Virus record (IMG/VR): IMGVR_UViG_3300020045_004852
Span: 1 to 52,115 of that record
DNA: 52,115 nt
Source: a virus
Taxonomy: Duplodnaviria > Caudoviricetes
Reading direction: 5' to 3' (one strand)
Made by a program: the position numbers and the translations under genes. Below, piece by piece: positions 42,417 through 51,655 of the stretch (position 1 is the stretch's first letter; each line of letters starts with the position of its first letter). The notes below the pieces were generated by a model, which ran no database searches, was not told where the DNA came from, and saw nothing but the letters and a program-made list of their open reading frames with translations.

Positions 42417-45043
42417 CCGACTACACCGCAATGACCGACGCTGACCTGATGGCGGCTTACAAGCGCGTCAAGCAACCATTTGAAGCGGCGCTTGAGGCTG
42501 AAGGCGTCACCGGCAAGCTGGCCGACGTGGCGCGCTCAATCTACCGACAGGAAAGCGGCGGCGGCAAAAACACCAAGACCTCGAATGCTGGAGCCGTGGG
42601 CGGCATGCAAATCATCCCGGACACGTTCGCCAGCGTTGCCGATAAGGGTTGGGATATTGCCGATCCGCACCTGAACGCCCGCGCCGGAATCCGTTATCTC
42701 AAGCAGCTTGACAAGCAGTCAGGCGGCGATCCCGCGCTGACGGCGGCGGGCTACTACGGCGGGCCGGGCGGTCTTGAAAAGGCGCGCCGTGGTATTGCCG
42801 TGTCCGACCCGCGCAACCCCAGCGCTCCGAACACGCTTGAATATGGGCAGCAGGTTGCAAGCCGCCTGTCGACCACGAAACCAGAAAGCCGCCCCGTGGT
42901 TGACGCCCTGAATGCCGTGGCCGGTGCGATCATGCCATCGGCAAATTCTGGCCAAGTTGACTATCGAACGATGACCGACGCTGAGTTGATGGCTGAGTAC
43001 AAAAAATTTCAGCCAGCAGCCGCGCCAACAGCAACACCAAGACCCGGAACGCCAGCGGCGCGGCGTGTGGCCCTGAAAACCAACCCCGATTACCAGGCTG
43101 GCAAGAACGCGAACAGCTCTTTGCAGGGCGCGTTGTCTGTCATCAATGGCCCGCTGATGGGGTTCGGCGACGAGGTGCTGGGCGCGGTCGGTGGCGCTTA
43201 CGACGCGCTGACGAAAGGCAAGAACCTCAAAGACGCCTATCTTGAAAACCGCGATTTCGCACGCGGCGCGCAAGAGACATTCCGCGATGAACGCCCGTGG
43301 ACAAGCGGGGTTACGCAAGCAATGGCATCCGCCCCGCTCGGCGCACTCAAGATTTTTGCGGCTCCAGCGGCTGGGCAGAAGCTCGGAATCCTGTCGCAGA
43401 TCAAGCAGTCAGCAGCAACTGGCGCTGGCTACGGCGCTGCGGCTGGGGCTGGAAACTCACGCGCTGAAGATACGACTGGCGTATTGAGGGATTCGGCGTC
43501 CGGTCTGGCGCTTGGCGCAGTCACGAGCGGCGGCTCGATTGGACTTGCGCAGGCAATTCGTGGCGGCGCCCGCAACCTCAGAGCGCGGGTTGATCCGCGT
43601 GCTGCCGCGAAGTACGCACGCGAAAAAGTGGCAGAAGCGATTGTGCGTGACGCCAGCGGCACTCTTGCGCAAAGCGCCGCCATCAACCCGGCAACCCAGA
43701 CGGCGGCGCGACTGGAGCGCCTTGGGCCAAATGCCGTCATTGCAGACTCTGCCGGTCAGAACACACGGGCGCTGCTGGACATCCAGGCGTCACTGCCGGG
43801 CCGCACAAAACAGGCTGCGGCAAACTTTTTGCACAGTCGCAAAGTCGGCGAAGCAAAGAATTTGATTTCTGCTGCTGAGAGTGCGTTGGGCGCGGGTGGG
43901 CAGCGGCTGGCACCGACGCTGGAGGGTTTGACCGCAGCGCAGAAGGCAGCCAGCGCGCCGCTCTATAACCAAGTCCGGCAAATCACAATATCCCCATCCG
44001 ACAACCTGCAAAAAATAGTCACGGCAATTGACAAAGAGGGTGGCGTTACGCTTGGCAGAAAACTTGCCAATTCCGATTTACAGCCATTTACTCTGAATCT
44101 TGGCGCGGCGCCGCTTAACCCGCTCGGCCAGCCCACTTTAAAACAGTGGTCGATGCGTGACTTGGATCACGTAAAAAATGGCCTTGATGATTTGATCGAG
44201 AAGCAGTGGAATACGGCTACCGGGAAATACTCGAAGCTTGGCGAGACATATATCGGGTTAAAGCAAAAACTGCTTTCTGAACTTGATGCAGCCACGATTG
44301 ACCCGGCGACCGGCGCCAGCCTGTACCAATCGGCCCGCAACGCTTTTGCAGGCCCGGCAGCATTGATGGACGCGGCGCGACTTGGCCAGCGGTCAATCAC
44401 CCAAAGCGAGACGGCTATCTCGCAAAACCTGAAAAGTCTGACGCTCAGCGAACAAGAAGCGTACCGCGTCGGCGCATTTGAGGCCTTGCGCGACAAGATC
44501 GGGCGCAGCCAGGGCGGTCGCACCGAGTTGCTGGGTATGACCGAAAATCCGGCCATCGCCGAAAAGCTGAAGGCTATTTTTGGCAGCACGCGGGCGTATC
44601 GGGAGTTTGCGATGGAGGCCGCGAAGACCAAGGTGCTGCGCAAATTACAGGGCACGGCGCAGGGGTCGAAGTCGTTTGAGCGCATGTACGGGGCTGGAGA
44701 CCTCGATGTAAGCGCGCTCAAAGACGCCAGCGGCGCAGTCACCAGCGCGGCCAGTGGGAACCTGGCCCAGGCCGCTGGGTATGCCACGGGCGTTTGGAAC
44801 CGCGTCAGCACCCCGGAAACCGTGCGCAATGAAATGGGGCGCATCCTGCTGACCGGCAACAAACCCATGCTTGACAGTGCTGGCAACATCATGCGAGACA
44901 GCAGCGGCAAAATCATCACCGTCGGGCAAAACGAGCTGGAGCGCATGATGAAGCTCACGCAACAAATCAACCAGGGCCGCGCTGCTGCGGCAACCGCTGC
45001 GGGTACTGGCGCAGGCGTCGGCTTAAACGCATTCCTCAGATAA
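42413..45043 (+). CDS. Large ejection protein with an N-terminal lytic transglycosylase domain
   Basis: QESGG...AGAVGGMQIIPDT...N..AGIRYL...AGYYGG SLT-like motifs, then an Ala-rich helical body. Confidence 0.85.
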   Translation: MTDYTAMTDADLMAAYKRVKQPFEAALEAEGVTGKLADVARSIYRQESGGGKNTKTSNAGAVGGMQIIPDTFASVADKGWDIADPHLNARAGIRYLKQLDKQSGGDPALTAAGYYGGPGGLEKARRGIAVSDPRNPSAPNTLEYGQQVASRLSTTKPESRPVVDALNAVAGAIMPSANSGQVDYRTMTDAELMAEYKKFQPAAAPTATPRPGTPAARRVALKTNPDYQAGKNANSSLQGALSVINGPLMGFGDEVLGAVGGAYDALTKGKNLKDAYLENRDFARGAQETFRDERPWTSGVTQAMASAPLGALKIFAAPAAGQKLGILSQIKQSAATGAGYGAAAGAGNSRAEDTTGVLRDSASGLALGAVTSGGSIGLAQAIRGGARNLRARVDPRAAAKYAREKVAEAIVRDASGTLAQSAAINPATQTAARLERLGPNAVIADSAGQNTRALLDIQASLPGRTKQAAANFLHSRKVGEAKNLISAAESALGAGGQRLAPTLEGLTAAQKAASAPLYNQVRQITISPSDNLQKIVTAIDKEGGVTLGRKLANSDLQPFTLNLGAAPLNPLGQPTLKQWSMRDLDHVKNGLDDLIEKQWNTATGKYSKLGETYIGLKQKLLSELDAATIDPATGASLYQSARNAFAGPAALMDAARLGQRSITQSETAISQNLKSLTLSEQEAYRVGAFEALRDKIGRSQGGRTELLGMTENPAIAEKLKAIFGSTRAYREFAMEAAKTKVLRKLQGTAQGSKSFERMYGAGDLDVSALKDASGAVTSAASGNLAQAAGYATGVWNRVSTPETVRNEMGRILLTGNKPMLDSAGNIMRDSSGKIITVGQNELERMMKLTQQINQGRAAAATAAGTGAGVGLNAFLR

Positions 45044-45051
45044 AGGCACCC

Positions 45052-48009
45052 ATGACCGGCGTAATCGCACAAATCCCAAAATTTCAGTTTTCCAGCGCAT
45101 CGGGCGCGCCGCTTGTCGGTGGCACGCTCACTGTGTACCTGGCTGGCACCACGACGCCGACGGACACCTGGCAGGATGCTGCTCTGACCATCGCAAACAC
45201 CAACCCCGTTGTGCTCGACTCACGCGGCGAGTGCGTGCTGTGGCTTGACGGCACCAAGTCCTATAAATTTGTCCTGCGCAATGCGGGTGGCACGGTGCAA
45301 TGGACTCAAGACAACATCGCCAGCATCGCCGGTTTGCTGGCCGGCCCAAACGGCCCCGGTTTTATCGGCGCGACTGACTTTTCGGTCAATTACGCAGTGG
45401 GCACGCTGGGCTGGATTGACAAGCTCGATACAGTCAACCCCTGCACCCCGCCGTGGTTTTGCGTGGCTGATGGCGACATTGTGGCGGGCACTGGCACGAT
45501 CAACAACACCGGCATGCTGGCCTGTTTGCGCTATTGCGAGGACAACAACAAGTCGATGTTCCTGCCTGGCGTGTTTCGCATGGATGGCGCTGATGGCGAG
45601 CTGGCCATTCGCAAGTCGATTCGCATTTGCGGCATCGGCGCGGGCGACGGCTATGCCAGTCTGCTGAAATACACGGCGCACTCGGGATTTTTATACACCG
45701 GCACCGGCACGCGGCGCATCCGCACGCGGTCGCTGTACCGCGCCAGCGCCATTGACCCGCAGGATGCGCCATTGTCGTGCGCCCTGAATGTTCAGGCGGA
45801 AAACGTCACGCTCAAAGATTTTGCGGTTTACCTGCACTTCACACGGCCTGCCGATGGATTTGACCCGGCGACCGAAAAAACGAATTACGGCGCCGACTGG
45901 GACGTGGCGATTTTCAACGGTTGCCGCATCAAGCTGCATTTGAGCGGCATTCACACGGTCGGCTACTGGCGCGAAGCTGGCCTGTGGCAAGACGTGACCC
46001 GCAGCACAAATTTGCCAGAATTCAGTGATCCCGCTGGTGTGCCATTTGAGACCGGCTCAATCACCAACGGCGCCGACGGCCTGACGATGGAATCGTGGTA
46101 CTCCTATGGCCCAAAGACTGGCCTGAAAATTCAGGGTAGCCAGCCCAAAGCCGGGCTTGATTTTCTCGGTTATCGCTACACCGTCGGCGGGCACCTTGAA
46201 GTTTTAAGTATTCCACCTGCGGGCGCAACGATAACGCTTGCGGGCGTAGTTTTCACGTTTGCAACTGTTGGGGTTTTATCTACAGAAATTCGCATCGGCG
46301 CCACCGTCCAAGAAACTGCAATTAATATCGCCGATGTTGTTGAAGCGTATATTGATAGTGTTATGGGTTCGTCGCTTGCTGTTGCGCCGATCAAAAAAGC
46401 GACATACAGCGCAGAAGACGACACGGTATTTATTTTGCAGCGACTTGATTATACTTTGACGCTGGATTACACACTTGCGTCAAGTGATGCGTCGGTTGCA
46501 GTGAGTGGCGCCACGGTTGCCGCAATTGCCGACCCGGCGCTTTATTACGATCAAGTGCTGGGTGCTGCCGTCACTGATGGTCGCGGCGCGTTTGGTTGCA
46601 GCGACGTGACCGGCACAGCTTTGACGCTGTACGCGACCGACCATCACAGTCGCTACCGACGCAACGACGCCACGGGCGACCCGACAACCGACCCAGCTGG
46701 GGCCGCAATGAGTATCAGCGGCATGAACGCTGCTGGACGCATCCAGGGCATGCGCTTTTTCTCGTGCCGCTTTGCGACTTGGGAGCCATTCCGCATCAAG
46801 CTGGGGCGCGTCAACCGGCTCCAGCTCTACGGCTGTCATATCGAGAGCCGGGGCGCCTGCTTGTCCACGACCGGCACCGACGTAAACCCCAACGACTTTA
46901 CGACGCCACAGGCTTACGGGCAGATCTATGCATCGGACAAAACGCGCCTGACGCTGCTGGCGGGCACCAGTGGCACGGTCAATAAAACGTGGTTTCACCC
47001 GACCGCTCAGCTTTCGCTGACTGAGTTCGGGCAGGCCGGTTCAGTGCCGCGCAACCGCTTCAATGGCCGGATGCTTGTCAACAGCGTGCTGGCAAATTCC
47101 GGCGAGCTGGGGCTGGCGTCGGCGTCTGCGACTGACAACATCCGGTTTCGCGCTGGCAGCACCACGCTTGCGACTTTGGGCTCGACGGGTTTGCTGTTGT
47201 CATCGAATATCACAGACCCGGTGATTTCCGCTGGCGCTGGAGAAATGGACTTGCGGTCGGCGTCGGGATCGCTTTTGCGGCTGCGCAACGGCTCGACAAC
47301 GGTGGCGACAATCGACACGACAACGGCGATCTTGCAAGTCTCTACCGTCGTTCGGCCAGGCACGACAAACACCGTCAAATTAGGCCAACTCGGTTCGCTG
47401 TGGTCTGAAGTCTTCGCAGGAAATAACACCATTAACATTTCTGATGGCCGGGAAAAAATCCAGCGCGGCGAACTGACGGATGCTGAACTGCGGGCATGGG
47501 AGCGCGTCCGGCCCGTCGTGTTTCAATGGTCTGACGCTGTGGCAAAAAAAGGCGCAGACGTGGCGCGGCTCAGTGTCGGCTACATCGCCCAGGATGTGGC
47601 CGCCGCGTTTGCGGCTGAAGGGCTGGACGCCAGCCGCTACGCTCTGTGGTGTGAAGACAAGCTGCTGACAAAGCGCACAGCAACCCGCGCTATCAAGCGC
47701 CCGCGCATGCAAACCGTCGTCGAAAATGTTGAGCGCGTGGAGATTGTTGATGGGGTGGCCGTGCTGGCGCTGGACACGATCACCCGCGAAGCGCCAGTCA
47801 TTGCCGCAGCCCCACTGATGACCGCCGACGGCGACCGGATACTCGATGAAGACGGCGTGCCGCGAATCCATTACTATCAGGTCACCGACGATGTTGAAGA
47901 AGAATTCGAGGAAGAAGTGGACTTGGGTGAAACGCGCATGGGGCTGCGTTACGAGCAGTGCCTTGTTTTCGAGTGCGCTTATTTGCGCAGTAAATTAATT
48001 TCAGTTTAA
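45052..48009 (+). CDS. Tailspike / receptor-binding protein with a C-terminal intramolecular chaperone (S74-like)
   Basis: N-terminal head-binding G.PLVGG.L..Y.AGT.TP...NPVVLDSRG; beta-helix-like body; ISDGREK...GYIAQDV...GLRYEQ. Confidence 0.88.
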   Translation: MTGVIAQIPKFQFSSASGAPLVGGTLTVYLAGTTTPTDTWQDAALTIANTNPVVLDSRGECVLWLDGTKSYKFVLRNAGGTVQWTQDNIASIAGLLAGPNGPGFIGATDFSVNYAVGTLGWIDKLDTVNPCTPPWFCVADGDIVAGTGTINNTGMLACLRYCEDNNKSMFLPGVFRMDGADGELAIRKSIRICGIGAGDGYASLLKYTAHSGFLYTGTGTRRIRTRSLYRASAIDPQDAPLSCALNVQAENVTLKDFAVYLHFTRPADGFDPATEKTNYGADWDVAIFNGCRIKLHLSGIHTVGYWREAGLWQDVTRSTNLPEFSDPAGVPFETGSITNGADGLTMESWYSYGPKTGLKIQGSQPKAGLDFLGYRYTVGGHLEVLSIPPAGATITLAGVVFTFATVGVLSTEIRIGATVQETAINIADVVEAYIDSVMGSSLAVAPIKKATYSAEDDTVFILQRLDYTLTLDYTLASSDASVAVSGATVAAIADPALYYDQVLGAAVTDGRGAFGCSDVTGTALTLYATDHHSRYRRNDATGDPTTDPAGAAMSISGMNAAGRIQGMRFFSCRFATWEPFRIKLGRVNRLQLYGCHIESRGACLSTTGTDVNPNDFTTPQAYGQIYASDKTRLTLLAGTSGTVNKTWFHPTAQLSLTEFGQAGSVPRNRFNGRMLVNSVLANSGELGLASASATDNIRFRAGSTTLATLGSTGLLLSSNITDPVISAGAGEMDLRSASGSLLRLRNGSTTVATIDTTTAILQVSTVVRPGTTNTVKLGQLGSLWSEVFAGNNTINISDGREKIQRGELTDAELRAWERVRPVVFQWSDAVAKKGADVARLSVGYIAQDVAAAFAAEGLDASRYALWCEDKLLTKRTATRAIKRPRMQTVVENVERVEIVDGVAVLALDTITREAPVIAAAPLMTADGDRILDEDGVPRIHYYQVTDDVEEEFEEEVDLGETRMGLRYEQCLVFECAYLRSKLISV

Positions 48010-48022
48010 ACAAAAGATAATC

Positions 48023-48466
48023 ATGATCGCTCAAGACGAAAATAATTTTCCACGCGATTTGCGCACCGATACACAGGGTAATTTAAGAGTTATCCCTAAT
48101 AGCGGCGCCGCATTTCCGGTTTCCGCCGGTCAAATCACGACAACGACAGCGACCATTGCCATCAACCAAAGCGTCAGCGACGATATTGACCTGGGCTTGA
48201 TGCGCCTGGGGCGAATCGTCATACCAGCCGCATGGGACGCCGCGAACATCACGCTGCAAACCAGCCATGACGGCGTGACGTGGAGCACCGGGCTTTATGA
48301 CGCGACCGGCACCGAATACACGATCACCGCAGCCGCCAGCCGCTCTATCATCGTCCCGCTGGTCGATATGCTGTCAGTGCGCTACCTGCGCCTGCGCAGC
48401 GGGACGATTGCAACGCCAGTCGCACAAACCGCCGCCCGCTCGATTATTTTGGTCTTGGTGCCGTAA
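48023..48466 (+). CDS. Small beta-sandwich tail-associated protein
   Basis: PAAWDAANITLQTS.DG..W...RYLRLRSG. Confidence 0.7.
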   Translation: MIAQDENNFPRDLRTDTQGNLRVIPNSGAAFPVSAGQITTTTATIAINQSVSDDIDLGLMRLGRIVIPAAWDAANITLQTSHDGVTWSTGLYDATGTEYTITAAASRSIIVPLVDMLSVRYLRLRSGTIATPVAQTAARSIILVLVP

Positions 48467-50247
48467 TGCTCAGGATCGGCGCACGACTTTCGCTACTTGC
48501 GCGGCGCGTTTCCGCTGCGCTGACGCCGTATGCCACGGCCCCGCTGTTTTCAATTAACAGCTACGACGTTTCAGCCGACCGCCAGCGCATTAAAAATGCA
48601 AGCGCGGCGACTGAGCCGACAAGAAACATTATCAGCCTCAACACTGGCGATATTCGCAATGCCACGTCATCGACCGGAATTACGCTGACGAAAAATTATA
48701 CCGCTGGCCCGTCGGGCGTCGGAACTACAGCGGTCAGGCTGGAATTTGCAGCGGTCACGAACTCGTTTTCGATTTACAGCGCAACGCCGCCTGCTGGCAA
48801 TTATCGGATGGCACTAAAGGTCAAGCTCAACGCCGGGCAGGGCACGAAAGATATTCGATACGGAAACCTGACGGCGGGCCTGCAAACTCTGTCAATTGAT
48901 GATGCGGCGTGGTGGACGATAACCCATGACTTTACCGCCAGCGGCGCAAACTTCACGTCATTTGCCATTTATCCTGGATTATTGGCCACAGTCCCGTTTG
49001 ATTTGCTGATTGATGAGGTTCAGTTTTACGACTTGGCTGACCCGATCCCCGCATTTTCCGAAGAAGCCACCGCAAGAAACTGGCACTTCAAAAACACCAC
49101 GGCTGCATTTAAAAACCGAATTGTTATGTCAGGTCAAGCAATTGACACGACAGCGGCAGGTTCGCATGGGCAGGTAATCGCGCCAGAGTTTCCAGGCACT
49201 CGCACATTTACCGAGTTTACGGTTTTTGCTGCATTTAAAAATGACGTGGCCGGGGCTGGTCAGGTTGTCGTCACTGAAACCGACGCCGCCCTTGGCACGA
49301 CTGCGAACTCTCTGAGTATCGGCGTGTCAGCGACTGGTGCGCTGCTGACAAATCCGGCGAATGCTGGTACGACGAACATCAATGTACTTAATCAAGGATG
49401 GCAAATCGTCGGCGTTCGGGTTAAATCCAATTCTCGTCAAGCATTTTTGCAAGAGATTGAAATTAGCACCGCCACAACCGCATTCACCAGTATTGTAGCA
49501 AGACTGCTGCGCATCAACGGGCAAACATCAACGTCTCCAGTCAAGGGGAAAATGTGCTTCGTTGATTTCTGGCCCACGTATATGTCGGACGCGGAAATTG
49601 CGCAAATGGTCATCACGATGCGCCAGAAAGTCGCGCTAATCGGCGAGACGATGGGCACATTTGATAATTTTTATATCGCAGAGGGCGACAGCAGAACGGC
49701 ACTGACTACATCAAGCTATGCGTTTTTGATGGGAAATGCTGGCGAGTTCACTCCAAACTTGTTCATGCGAAACTTCGCGGTTTCTGGGTCAACGATTTCC
49801 AGTCTCAATACCCGTCTTGCAAATGTGCAGCGGATTGCCGCTCAAGCTCAGTTAAACGGGCGCCGTGCGATTATATCTGTTTTGATTGGCGTTAATGATT
49901 CTGCTGCAATTGCGGCAAATGCAACCGATTATTACAATAATCAGCTTAAACCGATTTGGGCTGCTTATCGTGCGACGGGTGCGAAGCTGATTGTTTGCAC
50001 TGAGATTTCAGCGCAGACGGGCAACGCGGGTTATGAGGCGCAACGCCAGGTTCTGAACGGCCTGATTCGCGGCGACACGTCGCTTTATGATGCGCTCTGC
50101 GATTTTGATTCCGACGTTGAAATGGGCGATCCGAACAGCTTGACGAATTACCCGGCGAACTGGACGGATAGTTTGCACCCGAATGCCACGGGTCACTTGA
50201 GGCTCAAGCCTTATATGAGGGCTGCTATTGCGTCGGTGATGGCCTGA
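48466..50247 (+). CDS. LamG/carbohydrate-binding plus SGNH/GDSL esterase protein
   Basis: GDSRT (block I), NFAVSG (II), IGVND (III), DSLHPN..GH (V). Confidence 0.85.
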   Translation: MLRIGARLSLLARRVSAALTPYATAPLFSINSYDVSADRQRIKNASAATEPTRNIISLNTGDIRNATSSTGITLTKNYTAGPSGVGTTAVRLEFAAVTNSFSIYSATPPAGNYRMALKVKLNAGQGTKDIRYGNLTAGLQTLSIDDAAWWTITHDFTASGANFTSFAIYPGLLATVPFDLLIDEVQFYDLADPIPAFSEEATARNWHFKNTTAAFKNRIVMSGQAIDTTAAGSHGQVIAPEFPGTRTFTEFTVFAAFKNDVAGAGQVVVTETDAALGTTANSLSIGVSATGALLTNPANAGTTNINVLNQGWQIVGVRVKSNSRQAFLQEIEISTATTAFTSIVARLLRINGQTSTSPVKGKMCFVDFWPTYMSDAEIAQMVITMRQKVALIGETMGTFDNFYIAEGDSRTALTTSSYAFLMGNAGEFTPNLFMRNFAVSGSTISSLNTRLANVQRIAAQAQLNGRRAIISVLIGVNDSAAIAANATDYYNNQLKPIWAAYRATGAKLIVCTEISAQTGNAGYEAQRQVLNGLIRGDTSLYDALCDFDSDVEMGDPNSLTNYPANWTDSLHPNATGHLRLKPYMRAAIASVMA

Positions 50248-50284
50248 TACTCTATTTGCAATAAATACAACGCTATTTCACAGG

Positions 50285-50506
50285 ATGATAATGACAGACC
50301 AAGAAATAAAAAAAGAAACTCAGGATCACGCCATCCGAATTGCCCTTCTTGAACAATCAATGAAGGGGATCAAAGAGGAATTACACCAGATTAACGGGAG
50401 TGTTGAAAAAATAAATAGCAGCGTTGGCAAACTGGTGTGGGTGATTATTTCAGCCATCCTTCTCGCCGCCATGCAATTTATCCTGAAAGGCGGACTTCAT
50501 GCGTGA
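50285..50506 (+). CDS. Coiled-coil plus C-terminal TM protein (XhlA-like / holin-associated)
   Basis: RIALLEQ...KLVWVIISAILLAAMQFILKGG. Confidence 0.75.
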   Translation: MIMTDQEIKKETQDHAIRIALLEQSMKGIKEELHQINGSVEKINSSVGKLVWVIISAILLAAMQFILKGGLHA

Positions 50507-50579
50507 CATTGCTTGGGTTTTGCTTTTTGGCGCGCTTGCTGTTTTTGCAGTCGTGACCGTGATGGGGATTTTCAAATGA
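50499..50579 (+). CDS. 26-aa single-TM peptide in the lysis cassette
   Basis: Hand-translated MRDIAWVLLFGALAVFAVVTVMGIFK; overlaps the upstream stop and is ATGA-coupled to the holin. Confidence 0.6.
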   Translation: MRDIAWVLLFGALAVFAVVTVMGIFK

Positions 50580-50800
50580 AACTGATTCCAAACTGGCGAC
50601 AGCTCTGGAAAGCATGGTCAGTGCAAGCCGCAGCCGTGGGCCTCGCGCTGCCTGGCGTGTTGCAAATCGTGGCTGATAATGCCGTGGCGCTGCCGTGGCT
50701 CGACGACGAAACAAAGAGCGCCATCCGACTGGGCAGCTTGGCCGCCATTCCAATCCTGCGGGCGCTGCAACAGCATGGGGCCGCCGATGTTGACCGCTGA
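50576..50800 (+). CDS. Holin
   Basis: MKLIPNWRQLWKAWSVQ... two hydrophobic segments ending RALQQ; directly precedes the endolysin. Confidence 0.8.
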   Translation: MKLIPNWRQLWKAWSVQAAAVGLALPGVLQIVADNAVALPWLDDETKSAIRLGSLAAIPILRALQQHGAADVDR

Positions 50801-51419
50801 CATTCTGGCTACGGCCACGGGCGCAACCCTGCCCCGCGCCCGCGCCTGGCTTGACCCGATCACCGCCGCCTGCGCCGTGTTCGGCATCGGCACGCCGCAG
50901 CGCCTGGCCGCGTTTTTGGCGCAGGTTGGACACGAATCAGCATGCCTGTCTGCCGTGGTCGAAAACCTGAACTATTCGGCGGCGGGACTGCTGGCGACAT
51001 GGCCCACGCGCTTTGACCGTGCTGCTGCTGCAAGCTACGCCAGACAGCCAGAGCACATTGCCAACAAGGTTTACGCCAACCGCATGGGCAACGGCAACGA
51101 AGCCAGTGGCGACGGCTGGCGGTATCGCGGGCGCGGCTTGATACAGTTGACCGGGCGCGACAACTACCGCGCCGTGACCGCTGGCCTGCGCAGCCTGCCG
51201 TGCGGCGACAGGTTCCCGGATTTTGAGCTGGCGCCTGAGTTGCTGGAGCTGCCAGAGTGGGCTGCAATGTCAGCAGCTTGGTACTGGCACCAGCGCGGGC
51301 TCAATGAACTGGCCGACGCTGGCGACATTGACGCGATCACGCGGCGCATCAACGGCGGCATGACCGGGGCGGCGGCGCGGCGGGCGTTGTACGTGAAGGC
51401 GTTGGCGGCGCTGACGTGA
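50787..51419 (+). CDS. Endolysin, glycoside hydrolase family 19
   Basis: FLAQVGHES...ENLNYS...GDGWRYRGRGLIQLTGRDNY...TRRINGG. Confidence 0.95.
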   Translation: MLTADILATATGATLPRARAWLDPITAACAVFGIGTPQRLAAFLAQVGHESACLSAVVENLNYSAAGLLATWPTRFDRAAAASYARQPEHIANKVYANRMGNGNEASGDGWRYRGRGLIQLTGRDNYRAVTAGLRSLPCGDRFPDFELAPELLELPEWAAMSAAWYWHQRGLNELADAGDIDAITRRINGGMTGAAARRALYVKALAALT

Positions 51420-51449
51420 AAAAGCCCGGCGCTTTTAGCTGCCGGGCTT
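51419..51449. terminator. Terminator between convergent late and early transcription
   Basis: aaaaagcccggc...gccgggctt. Confidence 0.8.
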
Positions 51450-51463
51450 GGGTTTGGTGATGT

Positions 51464-51655
51464 TCAGTTTTTCGCGGATTCGCGGGCCTTGATTTGCAGG
51501 TTGAGCTGACCTTACAGCCAACCTGAGCCGCCCAGTGCCACGAACTGCGCCCACTGCGCAGGCGTCAGGCGGATGACGTGGCGCGCCGTGTGTAGCCTTG
51601 GGCGGCCAGAATTGGGCTGTGGGCCACCGAATCCCTTGCGGGGGCCGCCTCTCAT
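51464..51655 (-). pseudogene. Small GGxR-arm/RHH-like regulator with an internal TAA at 51512-51514
   Basis: MRGGPRKGFGGPQPNSGRP...IRLTPAQW...LGGSGWL*GQLNLQIK...; paralog 21910 reads LGGSPWLQGVLNL; TAATG-coupled. Confidence 0.65.

Noticed and set aside
27712-47871. Numerous long minus-strand ORFs in the structural region
   Set aside because: Antisense shadows of well-supported plus-strand virion genes with no independent motifs.
51512-51514. In-frame TAA as evidence of stop-codon reassignment
   Set aside because: TAA, TAG and TGA all terminate many well-defined genes here, core genes are uninterrupted, and no suppressor tRNA is visible.
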